A stretch of DNA of 24,905 bases, taken from an uncultured Candidatus Saccharibacteria bacterium. GTDB taxonomy: Bacteria; Patescibacteriota; Saccharimonadia; Saccharimonadales; JAGQNJ01. Under the pieces are notes generated by a model. It had not been told where the DNA came from, did no database searches, and was given only the letters and a program-made list of their open reading frames with translations. Made by a program: the position numbers and the translations under genes. The stretch is from NCBI GenBank assembly GCA_964421475.1, contig CAYQXB010000001.1, positions 1-24,905 on the forward strand, in the 5' to 3' direction. Below are positions 13,775-22,274 of the stretch, one piece after another (the stretch's first letter is position 1; each line of letters begins with the position of its first letter).

Positions 13775-15313
13775 ATGTGGGGTAATCACCAGGCACGGAG
13801 ACTTGGCGTGCTAAAAAAATCTTGGCGCTGGACAAGCGTCTTAATTTTTTCTCTAATTTTATTCTTGGCCGGGCTTGGTTTTGCGCGCTTACAATTATGT
13901 GGCCAGATTTTATTTGGAATAAGTTTGGTCAGCGTAGTGTTTTTGTTTTTTGTCCGCCAACGTCAACCAAAGCTTTTTTATATAGCTTTGATAATTTTTG
14001 GATTTGTGGCTGGCTGGTTTCAGGGCAGTTTGTTTATGCAAAAAGTTGCGGTGTACGATTCGATGTTTGGGCAGCAGGTAACACTGGAAGTTACAGCACT
14101 GGAAGATTCGACGTACAACGAAAAATCACAAATGGAATTTACGGCACACAAAATTGTTGTAATCTCGCATGGCAAAAATCTGCCGGGGCAAATTGTGGTG
14201 AATGGTTTTGGCGTGCCGATGGTTTATAAGAGCGATCGGTTAAAACTGGAAGGTAAATTGTTTCCGCGTCGCGGTGCAAATCAGGCGAGCATGGGTTTTG
14301 CGCAGATTAGTTTGCTGGAACGAAATCCGTCACCTATCGATCGGCTGCGGCGAAATTTTGCCGCCGGCATTCAAAATACATTGCCCGAACCGCTGGCCTC
14401 GTTTGGGCTGGGATTGCTGATTGGTCAGCGTGCGACGCTCGGCAAAACCGTCACTGATGAACTCACAACCTCTGGCTTGATTCATATTGTGGCGGTATCA
14501 GGCTACAACCTGACGGTAATTATTATGATTTGCCGCCGGTTGAGTGAAAAACGTTCGCGTTACCAAGCATTCCTAACGTCGTTGCTACTAATCGGAATAT
14601 TTTTGCTACTAACCGGTAATAGCCCGTCAATTGTGCGGGCTGCCGTTGTGAGCGCGCTTGGTTTGTTTACCTGGTATTTTGGCCGACGAATTCGACCGGT
14701 TTTGCTGCTGCTTATTTCGGCCGCGCTCACGGCCGGTGTGAATCCGCTGTACTTGTGGTCGAATATTGGCTGGCATTTATCGTTCACTGCCTTTTTTGGC
14801 GTGCTCGTACTGGCTCCACTATTAGTTGCACGGCTTAAAAAATCGAGCCGAGAGAATTTATTGGTAAATGTTTTAACCGAAACAACGGCCGCGCAGATTT
14901 GTACGTTGCCAATTTTGTTGTTTATTTTTGGTCGGCTTTCAATTGTGAGTATTGTAGCGAATTTGTTGGTTGTTCCATTCGTACCGCTGGCAATGCTGCT
15001 GAGTTTACTGGCCGGTTTGGCTGGAATGACACAGTTTGTTCTGAGTGGGCTGGTGGCGATTCCAGCGCGATTGGTGCTACGCTACATGCTCGACGTTTCG
15101 GCGCTATTGTCGCGTGTGCCGTTGGCCAGCGTACAAGTACAAATTACAGCGGGGCAAATGATTGGACTGTACATAGTAATTTTGCTCTTTACAGTATCTT
15201 TGTGGTTCAAAAACAAATCCAAAGCTGCTAAAATAACAGGGAAGAAAACAGGAGATAGCAATGTCTGGACACAGCAAGTGGGAAACCATCAAACGACAGA
15301 AAGGCGCCAATGA
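13775..15313 (+). CDS. comEC: ComEC/Rec2 competence DNA channel (OB/DUF4131-like + Competence domain, no beta-lactamase domain)
   Basis: SGLIHIVAVSGYN, SPSIVRAAV, GWHLSFTAFFGV and IVANLLVVP motifs. ATG 13775 is preferred to the ORF-track start 13712, which overlaps the divergent methyltransferase. Confidence 0.92.
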   Translation: MWGNHQARRLGVLKKSWRWTSVLIFSLILFLAGLGFARLQLCGQILFGISLVSVVFLFFVRQRQPKLFYIALIIFGFVAGWFQGSLFMQKVAVYDSMFGQQVTLEVTALEDSTYNEKSQMEFTAHKIVVISHGKNLPGQIVVNGFGVPMVYKSDRLKLEGKLFPRRGANQASMGFAQISLLERNPSPIDRLRRNFAAGIQNTLPEPLASFGLGLLIGQRATLGKTVTDELTTSGLIHIVAVSGYNLTVIIMICRRLSEKRSRYQAFLTSLLLIGIFLLLTGNSPSIVRAAVVSALGLFTWYFGRRIRPVLLLLISAALTAGVNPLYLWSNIGWHLSFTAFFGVLVLAPLLVARLKKSSRENLLVNVLTETTAAQICTLPILLFIFGRLSIVSIVANLLVVPFVPLAMLLSLLAGLAGMTQFVLSGLVAIPARLVLRYMLDVSALLSRVPLASVQVQITAGQMIGLYIVILLFTVSLWFKNKSKAAKITGKKTGDSNVWTQQVGNHQTTERRQ

Positions 15314-15974
15314 TGCCAAGCGCGGTGCGATATTTACGAAGCTTGGAAACAACATCGCCGTAGCGGCGCGCGCTGGCGCTGATCCTGATACAAATTTTAG
15401 TCTGCGGCTGGCAATCGATAAAGCCAAAGCCGCCAACATGCCAATGAATAATGTTCAGCGGGCCATTGATCGCGGTTCGGGCAAACTTGGTGGCGATCAA
15501 ATTCAGGAAGTCATGTACGAGGGCTACGGTCCGGGCGGCGTGGCAATTCTGATTGCCTGTGCGACCGACAACATCAACCGAACCTATCCAATGGTTAAGC
15601 TGGCATTCAGCAAACACGGCGGCAGTATTGCCGAAAAGGGTTCGGTGGCGTATCAGTTTGATCGCAAGGGCGTGATTCGCGTCAAAGGTAGCGATGAAGC
15701 GTTGCTGCTACAAGTCTTGGATGCGGGTGCGGAAGACGCAGTTGAGGAAGGTGAAGAAACGATTGTTTATACGGATCCGAAAGAACTCGCCAAAGTTCGC
15801 GATGATTTACAAGCGGCAGGCATTGAAATAGTATCGGCCGAACTTTCGTTTGTGCCAAATAACACGGTTGAAGTCGAAGACGAAGCCACGCAGGGCAAGG
15901 TTATGCGCGTCATGGAAGCGCTCGAAGACCTCGACGATGTCATTGATACCTATACGAATTTCGACATAAAATAA
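15261..15974 (+). CDS. yebC: YebC/PmpR family regulator
   Basis: MSGHSKWETIKRQKG, YEGYGPGGVA, TDNINRT and LEDLDDVIDTYTN motifs. Confidence 0.97.
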   Translation: MSGHSKWETIKRQKGANDAKRGAIFTKLGNNIAVAARAGADPDTNFSLRLAIDKAKAANMPMNNVQRAIDRGSGKLGGDQIQEVMYEGYGPGGVAILIACATDNINRTYPMVKLAFSKHGGSIAEKGSVAYQFDRKGVIRVKGSDEALLLQVLDAGAEDAVEEGEETIVYTDPKELAKVRDDLQAAGIEIVSAELSFVPNNTVEVEDEATQGKVMRVMEALEDLDDVIDTYTNFDIK

Positions 15975-15990
15975 AAGCATAAGAATTTTA

Positions 15991-16018
15991 TTGACACTCA
16001 ATTTTTTGGGTGTATAGT
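15991..16018 (+). promoter_or_regulatory. Sigma70-type promoter of the lamin-tail-domain gene
   Basis: TTGACA (15991-15996), 16-bp spacer, TATAGT (16013-16018). Confidence 0.7.
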
Positions 16019-16047
16019 GGGCGGCATAAAGCAACGGAAAGGAAGTC

Positions 16048-17652
16048 ATGAAATCCGGCGGCTTTTATTTTTTTATTCCAAAATTTTTACGTGTGCTCGC
16101 AATCGCAACCATTTCGTTGGCGATTTTTTTGCACCCGTTTGCAATGATACGTGTCTATGCAGCGAGTGCTGATGTTGTTATTAGCGAACTGCAAACTGGC
16201 GCAGCGGGCGCTGGTAATGCCGGCCAGGAATTTATCGAACTGCACAATTTGTCAGACGACCCTATCAATATCAGCGGCTGGAAACTGGTCTATTCACCTA
16301 GCGCCGACACTACTCAGCACAAAGTTGCAGAGTTGCAGGGCCAAATTCCGGGCAATGGATTTGTGCTATTGGTTTCGTCGTCGTATATGGTGCCCGAAGA
16401 CGTCGTGCCGGATATTTTGTTCGGGTACAACAGCGGACTTTCGGCAAATGGTGGCCACATAAAATTGGTTGATAACCACAATGCAGAGCGCGACCGATTG
16501 GGCTGGGGCAACGCACAATTCGCCGAAACTCAATCTGCATTAGCGCCGCTCGCCGGTCAATCTTTGCAACGGATTGGCGCGGATACCGACGATAACTGGC
16601 AGGATTTTATTGTTGATGCGCCGACGCCAACTGGCGGTGATTTACAACCAGCTGAAACTCCGCCGGACCCTGAGCCGATGGCGTACCTGCCCATTACAAT
16701 TACTGAGCTTTTGCCCGACCCGGCCAGTCCGCAGCTGGATAGTCAGGATGAATTTATCGAGTTATATAACCCGAATGACGAACTTGTTCAACTCAAAAAT
16801 TATGTGTTGCAGGCTGGGCTTAAGTATCAATATACCTATGTGCTACCAGCGTTTGAGATTGAACCACAAAGCTACTTGGTGCTGTATTCGGCTGAAACAA
16901 AATTGGTGCTCAGTAATACTTCCAGCCAAGTGCGGTTGAGTGATCCAGCCGGCAAAGTACTATCCGAAACGAGTATCTACAAGGATGTAAAGGCGGGCAA
17001 AACCTGGGCGCTTATCGGCGACGTCTGGCAGATAACATCAGAACCAACACCTGGGAAAATCAATATTCTGAGCGCGCCACAGCCGAACAACCTGGGCGGT
17101 AAGGAAAGCACTTTGGCGCCGTGCCCGGCAGGTAAGTTTCGTAATCCGCTGACGAATCGTTGCAAAATGATTGATTCTGACAAAGGGCTAAAACCATGCA
17201 ACCCTGATCAGTTTCGAAACCCCGAAACGAATCGCTGCAAAAAAATCGAAACTGCCAATGGATTAACACCATGTCGTGCTGGTCAGTATCGCAATCCTGC
17301 GACGAATCGTTGCAAGAGTACGGCTACGACGACGTCTAGCCTCAAACCATGTAATGCCGACCAATTTCGTAATCCAGCAACCAATCGCTGTAAAAAGAAA
17401 GATTCCGTATCAGGCCTCAAGCCGTGTAACGCCGACCAAGAGCGAAATCCCGAAACCAATCGTTGCCGCAAGGTTGCCGGTGCTTCAACTACAAACGCAC
17501 TTTCGAACCCGGCAGCTGCCACCAAAACCAATGTGAGTTACCCGGCGCTCATTGCGGTTGCGGTGTTGGCGCTGGGCTACGGTGCTTACGAATATCGCCA
17601 GGAAATTAAACATCGCGTATTAAAAATCTTTGGTAAATCGCCGAACAAATAG
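16048..17652 (+). CDS. Surface protein: signal peptide, two lamin-tail domains, five Cys-pair repeats, C-terminal membrane anchor
   Basis: VVISE...EFIELHN...ISGWKL and ITITELLPDP...EFIELYNPND are LTD signatures. Repeats follow C-x5-RNP-x-TNRC. A TM helix (ALIAVAVLALGYGAY) lies near the end. Confidence 0.85.
   Translation: MKSGGFYFFIPKFLRVLAIATISLAIFLHPFAMIRVYAASADVVISELQTGAAGAGNAGQEFIELHNLSDDPINISGWKLVYSPSADTTQHKVAELQGQIPGNGFVLLVSSSYMVPEDVVPDILFGYNSGLSANGGHIKLVDNHNAERDRLGWGNAQFAETQSALAPLAGQSLQRIGADTDDNWQDFIVDAPTPTGGDLQPAETPPDPEPMAYLPITITELLPDPASPQLDSQDEFIELYNPNDELVQLKNYVLQAGLKYQYTYVLPAFEIEPQSYLVLYSAETKLVLSNTSSQVRLSDPAGKVLSETSIYKDVKAGKTWALIGDVWQITSEPTPGKINILSAPQPNNLGGKESTLAPCPAGKFRNPLTNRCKMIDSDKGLKPCNPDQFRNPETNRCKKIETANGLTPCRAGQYRNPATNRCKSTATTTSSLKPCNADQFRNPATNRCKKKDSVSGLKPCNADQERNPETNRCRKVAGASTTNALSNPAAATKTNVSYPALIAVAVLALGYGAYEYRQEIKHRVLKIFGKSPNK
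17122..17469 (+). repeat. Five tandem 25-26-aa coding repeats (C-x5-RNP-x-TNRC)
   Basis: CPAGKFRNPLTNRC, CNPDQFRNPETNRC, CRAGQYRNPATNRC, CNADQFRNPATNRC, CNADQERNPETNRC. Confidence 0.95.
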
Positions 17653-17674
17653 CGCGTAAGCTATACTTATATAT

Positions 17675-18163
17675 ATGAAAATTTTGGGGATTGATCCGGG
17701 GACTGGCATTTTGGGATTTGGTGTTATTGAAGTTGAACGCGGCAATATGACCTGCCTGGATGCTGGTGTGATTAAAACACCGGTTAAGCAAGCTGACGCT
17801 GACCGGCTGGAAACTATTTTTGATGAACTTAGCCAAATTATAAAAGAGCATAAACCTGGCGTAATGTCGGTTGAAAAATTATTCTTTGCTCGTAACGTAA
17901 CAACAGCCATGAGTGTGAGTCAGGCGCGTGGTGTTGTGTTGCTACTTGGCAAACAGCACAACCTAGAACTCCATGAATTTACGCCAATGCAAATCAAGCA
18001 AGCAATTACTGGTTATGGCAAAGCCGATAAACAACAAATGCAAGAAATGGTGCGCGTCATTTTAAAACTTAAAGAAACACCAAAACCAGATGACGCCGCC
18101 GATGCTTTAGCTGCAGCAATTTGTTGCTCGATGAGCATCAACCCCAAAACCACCCAACCCTAA
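17675..18163 (+). CDS. ruvC: Holliday junction resolvase RuvC
   Basis: MKILGIDPG, SVEKLFF, QARGVV, ITGYGKADKQQM and PDDAADALAAA motifs. Confidence 0.98.
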   Translation: MKILGIDPGTGILGFGVIEVERGNMTCLDAGVIKTPVKQADADRLETIFDELSQIIKEHKPGVMSVEKLFFARNVTTAMSVSQARGVVLLLGKQHNLELHEFTPMQIKQAITGYGKADKQQMQEMVRVILKLKETPKPDDAADALAAAICCSMSINPKTTQP

Positions 18164-18164
18164 G

Positions 18165-18865
18165 TTTCCAAGACCAGGTCCTGGAAATAGAAAGAATATG
18201 TTCTAATAACTATGCCAAGTCGAAATAGTCGAAAATTTTACCTATCAGATTCGTACTACCACATATACAATCGTGGAGTAAACAAGCGCAAGATTTTTGA
18301 AGATAAAAGCGATTATGCAGTTTTCCTCAATCTCACTAAGAGGTATCTTGATAGCCGACCATCGCGAGATAAAAGGGGTCGAGAATATCCCTGGCTGCAT
18401 CATGAAATCGACTTGTTGGCTTTTTGTCTCATGCCGAACCATTTCCACATATTAGTCTATCAAATCCAGGAAGACGCAATGAAAAAACTACTGAAAAATA
18501 TATGCGGATCGTACACGAGCTACTTTAACAAAAAGTATCAACGAGTTGGTCCACTGTTCCAGGATAGGTTCAAGGCCGTACTCATTGATAATGACAGCTA
18601 CTTGCAACATATCTCGCGATACATACACCTCAACCCCAGGGCATATTTGGAGTGGGAGTTTTCTAGCTTGCCCTATTATCTTGGTAAAAAACGAGCGGAT
18701 TGGGTAAAACCCAAAGCGACTCTTGAATTGTTTGAGAGCGTCGATGACTACAGACAGTTCGTTGCTGACTACGAAAGTTATAAACGTGACCTGGACATTC
18801 TAAAATCAGAATTAGCAAACTAGTTATACAACATTTACCCTATTTCCAGGACCTGGTCTTGGAAA
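18165..18865 (+). mobile_element. RAYT/REP-type element: HUH tyrosine transposase gene between 26-bp inverted palindromic repeats
   Basis: TTTCCAAGACCAGGTCCTGGAAATAG (18165-18190) is the exact reverse complement of 18840-18865. Each repeat is itself a hairpin. No target-site duplication is seen. Confidence 0.8.
18212..18823 (+). CDS. REP-associated tyrosine transposase (RAYT, IS200-like Y1 HUH family)
   Basis: YYHIYNRG, FCLMPNHFHIL (HUH), YFNKKYQRVGPLFQDRFKA, YIHLNP and WEFSS motifs. Confidence 0.92.
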   Translation: MPSRNSRKFYLSDSYYHIYNRGVNKRKIFEDKSDYAVFLNLTKRYLDSRPSRDKRGREYPWLHHEIDLLAFCLMPNHFHILVYQIQEDAMKKLLKNICGSYTSYFNKKYQRVGPLFQDRFKAVLIDNDSYLQHISRYIHLNPRAYLEWEFSSLPYYLGKKRADWVKPKATLELFESVDDYRQFVADYESYKRDLDILKSELAN

Positions 18866-18893
18866 TACGGTAAATGTGAGATAATAGGCTGAT

Positions 18894-19457
18894 ATGATTG
18901 CAACGCTTGAGGGAATAGTTAGTGAGAACAATGTGGAGCAAGTTATTCTTGATGTCCAGGGTGTTGGCTACGGTATTTATGTCACCAACGAAGATCAAGG
19001 AACACTCCAAACTGGCAAAACAGTGAAGCTTTATATTTATGAACACATCCGCGAAGTTTCCCACGACTTGTTTGGGTTTGTGCGTCCAGAAACCAAACAA
19101 TTATTTGAGCAGCTGCTGACTGTAAACGGAGTTGGGCCCAAAATGGCTTTGAGTGTTTTGAACTTAGGTAACGCGGGCAACGTGTCTAGCGCAATTGCCA
19201 ACCAGGATACGGCGTACATTCAACAAGCTTCGGGCGTCGGTAAGCGCGTAGCCGAACGAATCGTACTCGACCTGAAAGACAAAGTCGGCGTGGCGGGAGT
19301 GTTCACGGGTGCGCCGGCAGCTCAGCAGGATGACGCCGTACAAGGCTTAGTTGCACTGGGCTATACATTACAAGATGCGCAAAATGCCTTGAGCGAAATC
19401 GACCAAAAACTCCCAACCGAACAAAGAATCAAACAAGCCCTGAAAGGAAAGTTATGA
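18894..19457 (+). CDS. ruvA: Holliday junction branch migration protein RuvA
   Basis: DVQGVGY, LFGF, LLTVNGVGPKMAL, SGVGKRVAERIVLDLKDK and ALGY motifs. Confidence 0.97.
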   Translation: MIATLEGIVSENNVEQVILDVQGVGYGIYVTNEDQGTLQTGKTVKLYIYEHIREVSHDLFGFVRPETKQLFEQLLTVNGVGPKMALSVLNLGNAGNVSSAIANQDTAYIQQASGVGKRVAERIVLDLKDKVGVAGVFTGAPAAQQDDAVQGLVALGYTLQDAQNALSEIDQKLPTEQRIKQALKGKL

Positions 19458-19975
19458 AAATTATTTTGGACATGGTGATTTCGCCCAATGGTATGATCGC
19501 TCGAGAGAATGGAGACGAAGATTGGTTGCCACATGTTGGCTGGGTCGAGTTTTTAGAAACCGCAAAACAACACGGTAACATTGTTATGGGACGAGAGACT
19601 TATGAACTCGTGACAAAGTTATATGAAGACCAGAACTTTGATAACGTTGATGCAGGTCTGAAAATTATTGTGAGCACAAAAGATTTTAAGGCACCAGTAA
19701 ACTATAAAGTTGTTTCTAGTCCGGAGATTGCCATTGATCTTGTGCGGTCGAAAGGTATGGAAACGCTGTATCTTGTTGGCGGCGGAAAGCTAAACAATTC
19801 TTTTATACAAAAAGGGCTTGTTGATGAAATTCATCTGGTGGTTTGTCCGTACATTATTGGCAGAGGCAGATCATTTGTTGGCGATGAAGATTTTGATCTG
19901 CCACTGGAGCTATTAGAGGCTCAAAAAATTTCTGAAGACAGAGTTGCGCTCAAGTATCGGGTAAAGAAGCAATGA
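19454..19975 (+). CDS. Dihydrofolate reductase-like / RibD C-terminal domain protein
   Basis: ISPNGMIA, IVMGRETYE, LVGGGKL and GLVDEIHLVVCPYIIGRG motifs. ATGA overlap with ruvA. Confidence 0.85.
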   Translation: MKIILDMVISPNGMIARENGDEDWLPHVGWVEFLETAKQHGNIVMGRETYELVTKLYEDQNFDNVDAGLKIIVSTKDFKAPVNYKVVSSPEIAIDLVRSKGMETLYLVGGGKLNNSFIQKGLVDEIHLVVCPYIIGRGRSFVGDEDFDLPLELLEAQKISEDRVALKYRVKKQ

Positions 19976-20018
19976 TAGTCAAGTGCATCAAACAAATTTT
20001 CAAAGGACAACGCATGAG

Positions 20019-20053
20019 TTTACTGTTTACTGATTACTGGTTACTATTTACTA
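20019..20053 (+). repeat. Five tandem heptamers nTTACT(G/A)
   Basis: TTTACTG TTTACTG ATTACTG GTTACTA TTTACTA, directly upstream of ruvB. Confidence 0.85.
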
Positions 20054-20071
20054 AAACCCAAAGGGTTTCCC

Positions 20072-21106
20072 ATGGCGATTGAACGAATTGTACAGACCAG
20101 TTCCAGTGATGATGACAAGCAAGAAGAGCAGTTTGAGAACACGCTGCGGCCAAAAGATTTTACCAATTACATTGGCCAGGAATTAATTAAGCAAAATCTA
20201 AAGTTAGCAATTGTGGCGGCAAAAAAACGCGGCGAGCCGATTGATCATGTTTTGTTATATGGTCCGCCGGGTTTGGGCAAAACAACTTTGGCGAGTGTGA
20301 TTGCTAATGAAATGGGTGCGCAGATTCGCATCACGTCCGGGCCGGCGATTGAGCGGGCCGGCGATTTAGCAAGTCTGCTGACCAACCTGCAAGATGGCGA
20401 CGTACTATTTATTGACGAGATCCACCGGCTGCACCGAACGGTTGAAGAAGTTTTGTATAGCGCCATGGAGGATTTCAAACTCGACATTATGTTGGGCAAA
20501 GGCCCGAGCGCCAAAAGTCTGCGGCTTGATTTACCAAAGTTTACGATCATTGGCGCCACGACTCGAACCGGAGAATTAGCTGCGCCGCTGCGCGATCGGT
20601 TTGGAATGATCCACCGCTTAAACTTTTATAACGAAACCGAAATTACGAGTATCGTAAAACGAGCCGCCCAAATTTTAGGCATCACGATCGACGATGCGGC
20701 TGCCAAAGAACTCGCCAAGCGTTCGCGCCTAACGCCGCGCATTGCCAATCGCTTACTAAAACGCATGCGCGATTATGCTGATGTGAACGGTGACGGGATT
20801 ATTGATACAGTGACGACGACAAGCGCGCTCGAACTGCTGGAGATTGATGGGCTTGGGCTTGATCCAAGCGATCGTAGAATCCTAACCGCGATTATTACAA
20901 ATTATGATGGCGGCCCGGTTGGCGTTGAAACCATCGCTGCACTGGTTGCCGAAGAACGCCAAACAATCGAGGACGTTCACGAACCATACCTAATGCAAAT
21001 TGGGATGATCGAACGTACGCCGCGCGGACGCAAAACCACCACCAAAGCTCGCAAGCATCTGGGCCTCAATAAAAAAACTGACGATAATCAACAAGCATTG
21101 GTATAA
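20072..21106 (+). CDS. ruvB: Holliday junction DNA helicase RuvB
   Basis: [21 protein letters not shown] (Walker A), FIDEIHRL (Walker B), PLRDRFG and RTPRG motifs. Confidence 0.98.
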   Translation: MAIERIVQTSSSDDDKQEEQFENTLRPKDFTNYIGQELIKQNLKLAIVAAKKRGEPIDHVLLYGPPGLGKTTLASVIANEMGAQIRITSGPAIERAGDLASLLTNLQDGDVLFIDEIHRLHRTVEEVLYSAMEDFKLDIMLGKGPSAKSLRLDLPKFTIIGATTRTGELAAPLRDRFGMIHRLNFYNETEITSIVKRAAQILGITIDDAAAKELAKRSRLTPRIANRLLKRMRDYADVNGDGIIDTVTTTSALELLEIDGLGLDPSDRRILTAIITNYDGGPVGVETIAALVAEERQTIEDVHEPYLMQIGMIERTPRGRKTTTKARKHLGLNKKTDDNQQALV

Positions 21107-21114
21107 TACTTGCA

Positions 21115-21720
21115 ATGCATCAACAACTAAAAATTGAAAAGACCGCCGATCAAGGTCGTAGCCATCTTTCGGCAACGGGCAAACGATACTTTAGTTTAAT
21201 CGAATTCGATGACGAAGAACAATTGCTGCTGGAAATTCGCAAACATATGTTCGGACTTTTTATTATTGTGTTTAGTGGTGCACTTATTTCGCTGACTATT
21301 TTGCTGGCGTCGTTGGTGCTTGCGTCTGGCTCTGTTCTGGGACAACTTGGCATCGACGGCGCGCAAAAGTACGTTGCACTTTTGGGATTTATTGTTTCGG
21401 TTTTGACCGTCGGCGTCACTATGATTTACGCGCAATTGTATCGGAGCAACGTGGTATACGTTACCAACGAAAAGATTGCGCAGGTTTTGTACATGACCCT
21501 GTTTAATCGAAAAATTTCGCAACTTAATATTGGTGATGTGCAAGACGTGACTGTGTCGCAAAAAGGCGTTTTCGCACACGTATTCAGTTACGGAACACTT
21601 GTTATCGAAACGGCTGGTGAGCAACAAAACTATACGTTTAGTTTTGTGCCAAATCCATACGGCGTATCAAAAGTGATCATTGTGGCGCACGAAGCCAACC
21701 TCAAACTTTACGGCAACTAG
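21115..21720 (+). CDS. Membrane protein with bacterial PH domain
   Basis: Two TM helices, then YVTNEKI...IGDVQDVTV...FSYGTLVIETAGEQ (bPH-like). Perfect extended -10 TGgTATAAT (21099-21107) lies 7 nt upstream. Confidence 0.8.
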   Translation: MHQQLKIEKTADQGRSHLSATGKRYFSLIEFDDEEQLLLEIRKHMFGLFIIVFSGALISLTILLASLVLASGSVLGQLGIDGAQKYVALLGFIVSVLTVGVTMIYAQLYRSNVVYVTNEKIAQVLYMTLFNRKISQLNIGDVQDVTVSQKGVFAHVFSYGTLVIETAGEQQNYTFSFVPNPYGVSKVIIVAHEANLKLYGN

Positions 21721-21762
21721 CGCTCGTATCTTTTCTCAAAAAACACCCTAAAACTCTCCCCT

Positions 21763-21788
21763 GATACTTTTGTTTCGACAAAAGTATC
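21763..21788. terminator. 11-bp hairpin between convergent genes
   Basis: GATACTTTTGT-TTCG-ACAAAAGTATC. Confidence 0.55.
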
Positions 21789-21821
21789 CAAAATCATTTC
21801 AGGCAACTAAAAGAAAGCGAT

Positions 21822-21946
21822 GGCAAAATGAGCCACAGAAGCCGCGCCGCAATATCGCCTTCTTCGAAGGGCGCCCCTCGCCATTCTCTTATGGCTTGCT
21901 CGGGTAGGATTGCGGCTTGACTCGGCTTCTGTGGCTCATTTGTGCC
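21822..21946. repeat. Multi-branched palindromic element (REP/MITE-like or ncRNA)
   Basis: Perfect 19-bp inverted repeat (21826-21844 / 21923-21941), inner 8-bp stem GCCGCAAT/ATTGCGGC, and two internal hairpins. Confidence 0.75.
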
Positions 21947-21974
21947 TCGGTCTTTTAGAGCCTGGAAGGAAATT

Positions 21975-22274
21975 CTACTCGTGGAAGGGGTTGTCGCGCG
22001 CTTCGTCAAAGAGTGCTTTGACGTCAACATTTGTGCTGTTTAGTTTCTCGATTTTATCGATTGCTTCTTGGTTAATGCGGGTTTGTTTCAGGTTGAGGAG
22101 CTTTTCATCAATCGCAGTTTGGCTCGGCTCGAGTGTGGCGTAGTAGCTGATCCGCATAATAATAAAGGCGAATCCGCCCAGCACCAACAAAACAATGACG
22201 AACCCAGCGTACTGCCGAATTTTATTAAGCAGCGGGGTAAAGAGAGTTGGTATATTTTGAAGATGTATATTCAT
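21975..22274 (-). CDS. Small single-TM protein ending the pil operon (PilP-position protein)
   Basis: Last gene of the pilMNO run, ATGA-coupled. One TM helix and a RDNPF-type C-terminus. The PilP equivalence is positional only. Confidence 0.65.
   Translation of the reverse strand: MNIHLQNIPTLFTPLLNKIRQYAGFVIVLLVLGGFAFIIMRISYYATLEPSQTAIDEKLLNLKQTRINQEAIDKIEKLNSTNVDVKALFDEARDNPFHE

Noticed and set aside
13775-15313. comEC as a truncated pseudogene because it lacks the beta-lactamase domain
   Set aside because: The frame is intact with all membrane-domain motifs, and ComEC proteins lacking this domain are a known common architecture.
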